Assembly (NCBI GenBank): GCA_035221665.1
Contig: CM069143.1
Coordinates: forward strand, 46,748,001 to 46,812,000
Length of the DNA stretch: 64,000 nt
Reading direction: 5' to 3'
From: Okamejei kenojei
Taxonomy: Eukaryota
Shown: positions 12,401 through 22,518 of the stretch, one piece after another
How positions within the stretch are numbered: position 1 is the first letter of the stretch
Layout of the letters: each line of letters opens with the position of its first letter
The notes under the pieces: model-generated
What the model was told of the DNA's origin: nothing
What the model saw: only the letters and a program-made list of their open reading frames with translations
Databases searched by the model: none
Position numbers and translations under genes: made by a program

Positions 12401-12846
12401 ATGGACAAATACGAACTCTTTGAACAGATATGGTCTCCATATACAGAATATTTGAAGGGGTAGCTGTTCTTGGCATCACAACTCAATGGGTACCTGGCAG
12501 GATTAGATGAAAATAATTAATTTTTTAAAAATTTGTATACATGTCTCTATTAATATCGTTATTTGAAATTGTGTTATTCACAATTAAGATGCATACTATA
12601 ATATATATTACTTTGTTTTATTTTTTTTTAATTTTTTTTTCTTTCTCTTTCTATATAATCAAAATTATTATTTAATCACTATTCTTTTATAAAACCTATT
12701 CTTTTCTTTTTTCTATTTTCTAAAAAATAGAAGTTTATAAGAATTATTCGTAACATCTGTATACTTATTGAAATAAGTTGGTTGTGTATTTGAAAAGTTG
12801 TTATACCGTTGTTATGATGGATTACTTCTAATAAAAATATTATCAA
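9455..12846 (+). mobile_element. 5'-truncated L1-clade LINE with 13-bp TSD
   Basis: ORF2 RT 9495-11264 (KAAGPDG, SYRAIALLN, DQTGFI, SLDAEKAFD, GCRQGCPLSPLLF, LYADD, KYLG). Frameshifted C-terminus to 12463. AATAAA at 12830. TSD AAAAGTGGACACT at 9442-9454 and 12847-12859. Confidence 0.95.
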
Positions 12847-12990
12847 AAAAGTGGACACTGGACGTCTTTTAAAAGAACTGAAATATGTAGTCACACATAT
12901 GTCACCCATGTAGTTGTTTCTTTGAAAGACTTCATCAATATGTACCAAACTCAGTAACATGTTTAAAAATGAAAGTCGATCAACAACATA

Positions 12991-13984
12991 CAGTGCATTC
13001 AGAAAGTATTCAGACCCCTTCACTTTCTCCACATTTAGTTACATTACAGCCTTATTCACAAAATGGATTAAATTCATTGTTTTATTATCAACACAATATC
13101 CCATAATAAAAAAAAGTGAAAACATGTGTTTAGACATTTTTGCAAAATAATTAAAAAGAAATAACTGAAATATCACATTTACATAAGTATTCAGACTCTT
13201 TATTCAGTACTTTGGCAGCGATTAGTCTGACGTCTTCTTGTGTAAGACGCTTCAAGCTTGGCACACGTGTATTTGGGTAATTTCTCCCATTCTTCTCTGC
13301 AGATCCTCTCGAGCTCTGTCAGGGTGGATGGGGAGCGTCGATACACGGCTATTTTCAATCAAGAATCTCTCTGTACTTTTGCTCTGTTCATCTTTCCCTC
13401 GATACTGACTAGTCTCCCAGTTCCTGCCACTGAAAAACATCCCCACAGCATGATGCTGCCACCACAATGCTTCACTGTAGGTATGGTATTGGCCAGGTGA
13501 TGAGTGGTGCCTGGTTTCCTCCAGACGTGACGCTTGGCATTCAGGCCAAAGAGTCCAAGATTGGTTTCATGAGACCACAGAATCTTGTTTCTCATGGTCT
13601 GAGAGTCCTTTAGGTGCCTTTTGGCAAATTCCAAGCGGGTTGTCATGTGCCTTTTATTGAGGATTGGCTTCCGTCTGGCCACTCTACCATAAAGGCCTGA
13701 TTGGTGGAGTGCTGCAGATATAGTAGTCCTTCTGGAAGGTTCTCCCATCTCCACAGAGGAACTCTGGAGCTCTTTCAGAGTGACCATCGGGTTCTTGGTC
13801 ACCTCCCTGACCAAGGCCCTTCTCCCCCGATTGTTTGGGCGGCCAGCTCTATGAAGAGTCCTGGTGGTTTTAAAGTTCTTCCATTTAAGATAAAAAAATG
13901 AATCTAATTCATTTTTTAAAAAAGGCTGTAACGTAACAAAATGTGGAAAAAGTGAAGGGGTCTGAATACTTTCTGAATGCACCG
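12991..13984 (-). mobile_element. Internally deleted Tc1/mariner (IR/DR type) transposon
   Basis: TIRs CAGTGCATTCAGAAAGTATTCAGACCCCTTCACTTT, flanked by TA at 12989-12990 and 13985-13986. Inner DR (aagtattcagac) at about 13185. Transposase remnant [11 protein letters not shown]...WSHET...[14 protein letters not shown]. The segment carrying the second D and the E is deleted. Confidence 0.95.
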
Positions 13985-14417
13985 TATGTGCGATATCTTG
14001 TGTGCATTAACCAGGCTGGCATGAGCATATTCCAGGTATTATCAATATTGATTACATCAGAATTCTGCCCTTTAATCTTAGCTGCCCAAGTTAAAAATAT
14101 AACACCTGTATCAACAGGAAGTCAAATAGGTTCCTAGATACACAAATACTGTACATCTTGGTCTTTTCACATGTCCACAGTTTTACAGCCAACAAGATCT
14201 GATTCAACACGAAATGAACCAGATTGAACAGCACAATGCTTCTCATACGAAAAGTAAAAACATCTGGATACATTTGCTTCTTCAACATGCTCTATAACAG
14301 TTTTATCATTGGTTTAATTTATCAAAACCAACAAAATCAGAGAGTTTACACACTGGGAAAATAAAATCCCGGCAGAAAAATTGGCACTTAAATTAATAAT
14401 TAATATAAATGGCCTAC

Positions 14418-16833
14418 CTTGGGTAAAGTGGGTGGCGCCTGTTTGAATCTTGTGGTAGATCGAGGTTCTTCGAGGTGACCATCATCTGAATGACAATCCT
14501 GATAACATATTGATGGACCTTTGGTGGGGGGTTGTATCTGTTGAATATGGTCTTTCAAAGTGCTTGATAAATTTGTTTTGAGTGGCTCTATATGTTCACA
14601 TGTCTGTTCACGTTGTTTCTCTCGAGTGTAGTGTTTTTGTTGTTCTGAGTCTTGAGATGAACAAGCTGGATGTTTCTCAGAGCATTGGCTGACACTGCCT
14701 GTAGAGACTTGGAAGGTGTCCTCATCGGACTGCATCAGATCATCACATGGAAGCATGTGCAACTTACTGTATAAATGCTGACCTTTCGACCTTCCTATGG
14801 AATTTGATTTATTCTTTAGAGCTATAAAATTGCAAGAATCAGATCCAGAGTAGCTTTTACTAGTTTCTTCAAAGAATTTTCTCCTCTCTGCAAAGGGTAT
14901 TAATGGGGAGGTATCTGGTTCCTGCAACGATGCCATTGTACACTGTTTCATCTCATCTGCCTCACTTGCCTTCATCACCTTACTTTGACACTCCAGCTTA
15001 TTTTCAGATGTCCAACCCCTGAGGTCACCTCCCCAAGATTCCTGTGCAGTCTTCTGTTCAAAGCTTTGGGATACTGAATCTATTTCCATTTTGCATTTGT
15101 CTGATGAAATATTGGAATTGCTGGTCAATGAACAGAAATGCACACTTCCAGTTTTATGATCTTCTGCCACGTTATCCAGGTTTTTATTGGAACTGGTTGT
15201 CTGTGGCTTCATACTGGTAGTTTCCTCTGCTATGTTGTTGGCCTCAGACTCATCTATTATACAAGTATAGAAAGTGGATGGCTTCTCGCTTGGCTCACTC
15301 ATTTCTTCGGAAGCTTCCTCCATCTGCAGTAGTGCACCACCACATTTCTTATGGAGCTGAGCTTTCTTCATTTGTATCTCATTCCGCAAATTTGTGGCAA
15401 AGCGGTCACTTTTGCGCCGCATTCTGGCTGCTCTGGAACTTGAGACCCGGGTATTTCGGACAGTTTCGTTCTTGATTTCTTCCAAATCTGCCTCTGTTTC
15501 TATAATATTACTACTTGAGGATGCACTTCCAATTTCACTCATTGGATCAGATGGTATTGGTGATACCTGCTGATGGGCTATCATTTCAACAGATACACCT
15601 CTGCAACTTGTTCGACTGTGTTGAGTCTTGCAAGAAGAAAGGTCTTGACTGTCTAAACAGTGACTGCAGGTAGAGCCACCAACGTCATGTTGATTTCCCT
15701 TCAGTTTGCATTCAGACTTCAAAGGATTCTCTTTTATCCGCTTTTCAAATGTCGAATCAATTTTGTTCAAAGCTTTATAAGGAAGCCCAACATTGGACTG
15801 ATATCCATCCTGAGGTAAAGGCATACTATTGGGCCATTCACCTCTTTCCTGATTGCACAGTATTCCCAAACCATTTTTATTACCGTCCGAAATCATCGGT
15901 GAATGCAATTGCACTGACAATAACTTCTCAGGCGCACTGTGTCTATGCAAATTTACAGTCAATCTTTCACACTGATCCGTTTGATTTAGGTTCTGGTATT
16001 GACTGGCAACAAATGATGGATCAATTAAGTTGCATAATTCCAACTGCCCCATTAAATACCGATTGGATTTTCCAGGATATGTTGTATTTTCATGAGAAAT
16101 AATTTCTTCACCTTGCCTATGAGAATGACAGTAGTGCCTTGGTTGTTCTCTCAACTGGCAGCAACATTCGACTGGACAATGACTTGACACGGATTTACTA
16201 CAGTGCTGGGAAGAGCCAGTTGAGCTATTAGGAACACAACAGTCTCCTGAAGAATCCCTATTCCTTGTTGATAACAAGGTTTCAGAAGTCCATCTACCAC
16301 GATGAAGCAGCAAGTTTGTTGTTCTAAATGCCTCAGAACTTGTCACACACACAGATGCAGAGCGAGCTTTAGTTGCCACAAAACTTTCCCTGCGAACAGG
16401 CGGTGGTGGAGGGGCTGAGCTGGTAGAACCTGGAGCATTGGCTTCACGTACATGGGATGGTGGTAGGTTGTCTCTTTCAGATGACCCCTTCCCACAGTGT
16501 GAACATAGCTGTTCTTCAGCTGGTGGCTCCCCACCCTCACTTCCACTTTGCAGGTACTGGGTGTCCCCATACCTTGTTGGTAGCCATGGTCCCAAACCAT
16601 GCAAGATACTGTCCATGGAAGCAGACTCATCTGTCTTAATTGATGACGAGACAGTGTAGTCAGAGGTGTTAGAACTTGCAGAAAATGAGCTGTAGGCAGA
16701 ATCTCTTTTGTTAGGATATGTGCTTTGGTCACAACTTTGGTTAGGTTGGTCAAGGCTGTCCATACTTCCGAATGAGCTCCTTTGATCCAAGTTGTGACGG
16801 AGAGCTAGTTGATCCCACTGCATAGGAAAGTCA
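14418..16833 (-). CDS. SHROOM4: SHROOM4 large coding exon (2416 nt, about exon 4 equivalent)
   Basis: Within ORF 14400-16898. Acceptor ttttcttctatcttccag|T and donor CCCAAG|gtaggc. SHROOM4 motifs SSFGSMDSLDQP, YPNKRDSAYSSFSASSN, PPPPPVRRESF, HRHSAPEKLL, RRKSDRFATNLRNEIQ and PFAERRKFFEE. Confidence 0.95.
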
Positions 16834-16939
16834 CTGGAAGATAGAAGAAAATGTACTTTTAAATGCCACAAAATTATATTTTGGTTTGTAACAAGCATTT
16901 TGTACCTACCTCATTTTGTATGCTTGCTCCAACATTTTC

Positions 16940-17497
16940 TGCTCCATGGCTGCAGATACAAAGTGGCTGAAGGTTCCCAGGAGGCCATGGCCCTTGACCG
17001 GTCAAACTCAAGGCCTGGACCGGTGGATCGTGGCTTCAGGGACACTCGCCGAGCTGGTCCCCTGCGTTTCAGGTCGAGACCCTTCTTCAGACCCTTTCGG
17101 GTCTCGACCCGAAACGTCACCTATTCCTTCGCTCCATAGATGCTGCCTCACCCACTGAGTTTCTCCAGCATTTTTGTCTACCTTCATGGTGGGCTGCAAG
17201 AAGAAACCCCGGGGAATAAAGGTGGACAGGCAAGGGGAGGGACATGGCATACTGGGAAGGAGATGGCTGGAGACCCCTAACAGCCTGGGACTTGCCTGGA
17301 ACAGGCACCACTCATAAGAACTGGACTTTGAAAATTGTGCCAAAACATGGCGTCTCTTGCATGCGGGCTTAGTGGACTATTTTTGCACACTTGCCAATCA
17401 AGGATTGGAGTTATGGCAATACCGGACTGTTTGTAATAATAAAGAATTTCACTGTGTTAGCACTTCGCACATGAGACAATAAAAGCATCCTTGAACC
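16940..17497 (+). mobile_element. GC-rich SINE-like insertion with a Rex/L2-type 3' tail, containing a nested Penelope-derived element
   Basis: CpG-rich body ending in aaagaatttcactgtg...cacatgagacaataaaagc, the same tail type as the Rex copies. Confidence 0.45.
17065..17184. mobile_element. Penelope-derived foldback element with hammerhead-like cores
   Basis: cgtttcaggtcgagacccttcttcagaccc followed by the inverted gggtctcgacccgaaacgtcacctattccttcgctcc... Confidence 0.75.
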
Positions 17498-17790
17498 TAA
17501 GGAACAGGCTAATTTTGACCCAGTGTTGTGCAAAGTGAAGGAATAAACATTCTTGTAGTTAATAGGAAGAAAGATAATAATGTGACTGTGTTCCCTATAG
17601 AAATCAATTAATTAAATGTTAATAAAAGAAAAATGTGGAGTTGAAATGCAAATAGGTTGGTGATTTGGTTACATTAGGAAGTATGATATTAAACAAGCAA
17701 TGGCTAATATGTAAAATTACTACATAATTTCAACAAATAGATGTTCGCTAGATCTCAAAAATGGGAAAGATTCAGAATGAACTTTAGCTC

Positions 17791-17872
17791 CACAAAACTT
17801 TCCTTCCAAACAGGTGGTGGGGGAGGGGATGTGTCGGTACAATCTGAAGCATTTCCTTTCAGCACATGGGAT
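17791..17872 (-). pseudogene. Degenerate intronic duplicate of an 82-bp piece of the SHROOM4 large exon
   Basis: Ungapped 64/82 identity (hand count) to 16377-16458. SHVLKGNASDCTDTSPPPPPVWKESFV vs SHVREANAPGSTSSAPPPPPVRRESFV. Confidence 0.8.
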
Positions 17873-18514
17873 CTAATTTTGTTCAGATGACCAGTTCCCA
17901 TAGCGAACAAGTTGTACATGGCGTTACAGATGAACATCAATAGTTCAAAAGTGTTTATTTCTCAGAAACACCGGACAGGAACTGGAACAATGAAATTCTT
18001 ACTTGCTGCAGCTTTACAGGCACATCAGGTTCAATAACAAAAATAAATATGCAATAAATAATCAGTTGATCCACATACCATATGAATTAGGAGGAGCACG
18101 CATATAGCCTCTGCTGTTCAATATGGTTGTGACTGAACCGATTGTAAGCAACTTTTCAGCCTTGCCCACTACCCACCTCTTAGCCACAGTGTATCACGAA
18201 TGTAGCTACTTCTGCCTTAAAAATCTCCCAGATCTCTGCTTTCACTGGCCATTGAGTTCCAAAGAGTTATTTCCCTCAGAGAAAACGGAATCAGCTGCGT
18301 TTTAAATGGACAACTCTTTATTACCATTCCTTCACTTAAAAAGGTGTGATTTAAGAATGTGTCCTATAACACCAGTAACTCTTTGGGACATTTATCATTG
18401 ATTTACAAAGATGTTTTTCGCCATATGAAAGCACAAGATTACAATGTACAAAATGTTGTACAAAAAATTGATTTAACCCTCCTTTTCAATGTACAAAATT
18501 TTGCTTAACAAGAA

Positions 18515-18820
18515 GCGGCATGGTGGCGCAGCGCTAGAGTTGCTGCCTTACAGCACCAGGGACCCGGGTTCGATTCTGACTACAGGTACGTGTCTGTACG
18601 GAATTGGTACGTTCTCCCTGTGATCTGCGTGGATTTTCTCCGGGATCTCCGGTTTCCCCCCACACTCCAATGACGTACAGGTTTGTAGGTTAATTGGCTT
18701 GGTATAATTGTAAATTGTCCCTAGTGTGTGTAAGATAGTGTTAATATGCGGGGATTGCCGGTTGGCGCGGACTCGGTGGGCTGAAGGACCTGTTTCCGCG
18801 CTGTATCTCTAAAGTCTAAA
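18515..18820 (+). mobile_element. tRNA-derived V-SINE (HE1-like), full length
   Basis: A box tggcgcagcgctag, B box ggttcgattc, V-domain ttctccctgtgatctgcgtggattttctccggg..ctccggtttcccccca, and CR1-like tail gaaggacctgtttccgcgctgtatctctaaa. Confidence 0.9.
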
Positions 18821-18909
18821 GAAGCGAAAACTAAGGAAGGAAGGTAGACAAAAGATACAGGGCGAATAAGAGAGGGAATCGAAGGGAGAATACAACACCA
18901 TAGTCACTG

Positions 18910-19700
18910 GATGATTGCCGACTTCAGGAAGGGAAAGCTGAGAGACAATACACCTATCTTCATTGGCAGGATGACGGTGAATAAAGTCAACGGCTTCAAA
19001 TTATCAGGCATACACATCTCTGATGAAGAGATCACAATGGGCCCAGCACAATGATGCAATGATAAAGATAGCTCACCAATGCCTCTACTTCCTCAGAGGT
19101 TTGTGGAGTTTTGGCATGTAGTTGTATATTCTATTGAACTTGTAGAAGTGTACGGTGGGGAACATACTGACTGTTTGCATCATGACCTGGTTTGGAAATT
19201 CAAAAGCTCAAGAATGGAGGAAGCTGCAGAAAATGGTGGACTTTGCCTGGTCCATCCAAAGTACTGACCTCTCCACCATTGAAGGAATCTACAGGAAGTG
19301 TAGCCTCAAGAAGTCAGCTAATATCATCAAAGACTCACACAGTCCTGGCCACACTTTTTCTCACTGTCACAATGTAGATGGTACAGGAGCCTGAGAACTA
19401 TCAGCTCCAGATGGTTGATGCAAGGATAGCTTCCTTCCATCAACTATCAGGTTCTTGAACTACCTTGCAAAGTCCTACCAAAGACTCTGAACCACTACAG
19501 AATTTGTACTAGTTTAGTTGCTTGATGATACACGCTTTGGGGTTTGCACTTTCATGGCGTGTTTACTTAGGATAACTGACATTTTATTGTATATTTATTT
19601 TTGTTACTGTTATGGCTAATGTGCCTGTAATGCTGCAGCAAGTAAGGATTTCATTGTTCCAGTCCATATCTGGTGCATATGCCAAATAAACACTCTCTCT
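18910..19700 (+). mobile_element. Rex1/Babar-type LINE 3' fragment
   Basis: NILTVCIMTWFGNS...RKLQKMV...IEGIYRK...NIIKDSHSPGH (ORF 19155-19394). Tail atatgccaaataaacactctct. Confidence 0.8.
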
Positions 19701-19768
19701 ATAAACATTTTAAAATAACCAGGAACAAATCCAATTAGAAAATAAATAAGTTTATTTATTTAGATCTC

Positions 19769-19823
19769 TGGGTCGAGATCCGAAACGTCACCCATTCCTT
19801 CTCTCCAGAGATGGTGCCTGTCC
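19769..19823 (+). mobile_element. Penelope-derived element fragment
   Basis: gggtcgagatccgaaacgtcacccattccttctctccagagatg. Confidence 0.6.
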
Positions 19824-21105
19824 TTCACAACTCTAATCTTACTTCAGCAACTGAACACCATGGACCACCTCTTGCACTTGTTTCCTCTAATTATTTGTAG
19901 CACTGCATTAATGTTTTTGCAGACTTTTTTATTTTTCCTCTCGTGTAGTAATTTATGTTTTTTAATTTTGTCAGTGTCTAAGTGCCAATGATGCTGCAGC
20001 AAGCAAGATTTTTTATTGCACCTGTTCCTCACCGTACTTGTGCATATGACAGTAGACTCGACTAGCTGGACTAAACGGTCTATTCTGTAAGTGGAATCCT
20101 GTTTACCTCTATATTTTTGGCCTTAGGATAATCAGAATACAATTATATCTCTTCCTCTGGAACGTAGATAGTTCTGATTATGTTTTATCATTGCTGAAAG
20201 TGATGTACGGAGGGACCAGCTGGTGATTTCTTCTGTCCTTGTGTATGTTTACAGTATGTTACTATACCAAAAACAGAGCAATATCTTGCCAGCGCAAAAG
20301 AAAATAGTACTGGAAGAGATTTATACCTCAATAAAACCATAAAATTGTTTAAGCAACTGTACAAAAATATTTACCCACCATGGGGGAATGAAATTAAACA
20401 ATTAAATTTATTGTGCTCATATTTATATTAAAGAACAGCACTGTCAATTCAAAATGCTTAATGTAGTTTACAAGCTAAAACCAGAAGCATTAACAGAGGT
20501 CCATCAACATCCATCCCAGCAAAATACTTTTCTAGACTGACATTGCAGATGCCAGGAGCCTAGTATAGTTACAACAAATACAATGATTCCTGTCAGGTCA
20601 GCAATAGTGACAAATAACAAATCACAAACATACAAACAATAGAACAGAATGCAATTTTCAGCACTTCCATACTCTAGCTGTTTTAATATTTACTCGGCTT
20701 TCTCTTCTCTATTATGTTTCATACTAGCATTTGACTTTACAAGTGCTGGCCACACCCAGTTCCACACCCAAGTCACGTTCTTCATCCAAGCAGATGTCAT
20801 CATAGTCAAATTTAATCTGACCTTAAAACAACATTCTCATGGGCACGCATAACATAGGTCTCCGAAGATCAATCACAAATAGAAGTTCAGAATGATTTTA
20901 CCCATACAAGCCCAGAGGCACTTAGGTTTTCTATAGTCCTTCAATAAACATGCTAGCATGGATTAGCTGAATTGATCCTGATCTGAGTTAAAGATTTTCC
21001 TATGTCTTGAGACAAAAATGAGCTTGACTGGTACCTTTCACACATCTTGTTCCTATCGTATTAGTAATGCTAACTGTCACATGCAATAACAGTCCAGAAA
21101 CTCAC

Positions 21106-21237
21106 CTGGAGTCATATCCCGAATGCCACGACAGACTTAAAGACCCTGATGAATAGGGCATCATAGTAGCCTCAGGTTGCGTCTCCGATAACTTGGCCAG
21201 GTGCCATGTGTAAGGTCTTATCCCTGGGCCACTTCTC
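21106..21237 (-). CDS. SHROOM4: SHROOM4 coding exon (132 nt, about exon 3 equivalent): RSGPGIRPYTWHLAKLSETQPEATMMPYSSGSLSLSWHSGYDS(S)
   Basis: ttctttcttttag|G...CCAG|gtgag. Phase 2 at both ends, matching the large exon (AG+T = Ser). Resembles the recalled post-PDZ motif RPHSWHVAKL...FSLSWHSG. Confidence 0.93.
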
Positions 21238-21329
21238 CTAAAAGAAAGAAAAGGCATAAATGTAAGTTGTAGCTACGAGATAATGGAACAGTCAATAGTA
21301 TTTGTAGACCTATCTGCTTATAAAACAAT

Positions 21330-21642
21330 GATGTTTCCACTAGTGGGAAAGTCTAGGACTGGAGGTCATAGCCTCAGAATTAAAGGATGTTCTTTTAGGA
21401 AGGAGATGAGGAGAAATTTCTTTAGTCAGAGGGCGGTGAATCTGTGGAATTCTATGCCACGGAAGACTGTGGAGGCCTTCAGTGGATATTTTTAAGGCAG
21501 ACAAAGGTTTTTGATTAGTACAGGTTTGAGAGGTGAGAGGGAGAAGGCAGAAGAATGGGGTTAGGAGGGAGGGATGGATCAGCCATGATTGAATGGCGGA
21601 GTAGACTTGATGGACCGAAGGGCCTAATTCTACTCCTATCAC
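21330..21642 (+). mobile_element. CR1 LINE 3' end
   Basis: MFPLVGKSRTGGHSLRIKG..FRKEMRRNFFSQRAVNLWNS followed by a CR1 3' UTR. Confidence 0.85.
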
Positions 21643-22389
21643 ATTACTCATTAAAGTAAATTACTGTGAACAATTCGAGGCATTCTAAAAACAAGAAAGA
21701 TGCTTTATTAATGGAAACACATTCTGTTTACCAAGTGTTGTATGTAACAGAAGCTAGATTACACTAAACAGGCAACAAGTATTTTGATAATATCTACACA
21801 TTTTAAAGTTACATTCAAAATGTATTAATGCTGTTTTTTTTAAACTAACTTTTTAGTCCACTGCAATTTTAACACCTTCCCAAAAACCCCATCGCAACTG
21901 AAAATTCTCTGAATGCTCTGGGCACTTCTTTGACACATCACCCAGATTAATTATTCATGTGCAATTTTATGACTGTTCTAGAATTTAAAGCAATGGACCT
22001 CAACTTTTCATCAATAGTCACTGGACTGAGTGTTGGAGAAAGGAACCCAAGTGGTTTTGCCTCTCCCTCTCCAATGTCTACTGAAGTTAATTGTCCCATA
22101 CAAAAGAGCCGAATAGGACTTTCACTGAGATCATGCAACTTTAAGATCCTCATAACTCTGTACCATATGCGACACCACATTTATTCAATGAATCGTGAAT
22201 AGGGCTCGTTTTCGCAATGTTTTATATATACACAGGCCTTCAGTTCAAAATCTCCTTGACAAACAAAGAAAATTTGTTACATATCTGTGTCAGCTAAAAG
22301 AGACTGTGAAAAATTAGATTGTCAAACTTATATTATTTGGAAGCACAGAATAATGAATGTCTGACCAGGATAGATTTTCTGGAGTGTGT

Positions 22390-22518
22390 AGGAAGGAATT
22401 GCAGATGCTGGTTTAAACTGAAGATGGACACAAAATGCTGGAGTAACTCAGCGGGACACGCAGCATCTCTGGGGAAAAGGAATGGGGGACGTTTCGGATC
22501 GAGACCCTTCATCAGGCC
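22390..22518 (-). mobile_element. Penelope-derived element with an intact minimal hammerhead core (22488-22515)
   Basis: Minus strand reads CTGATGA-A-GGGTC-TC-GATCC-GAAAC-GTC, followed by the family arm ...gctgagttactccagcattttgtgtcc...gcatctgcaattccttcc. Confidence 0.75.

Noticed and set aside
16834-16898. N-terminal extension of the 832-aa ORF (MLVTNQNIILW...)
   Set aside because: Intronic. It contains the polypyrimidine tract and acceptor of the large exon.
18515-18590. tRNA gene (also at 56714 and 62260)
   Set aside because: The A and B boxes belong to SINE heads that continue into a V-domain and a LINE-like tail.
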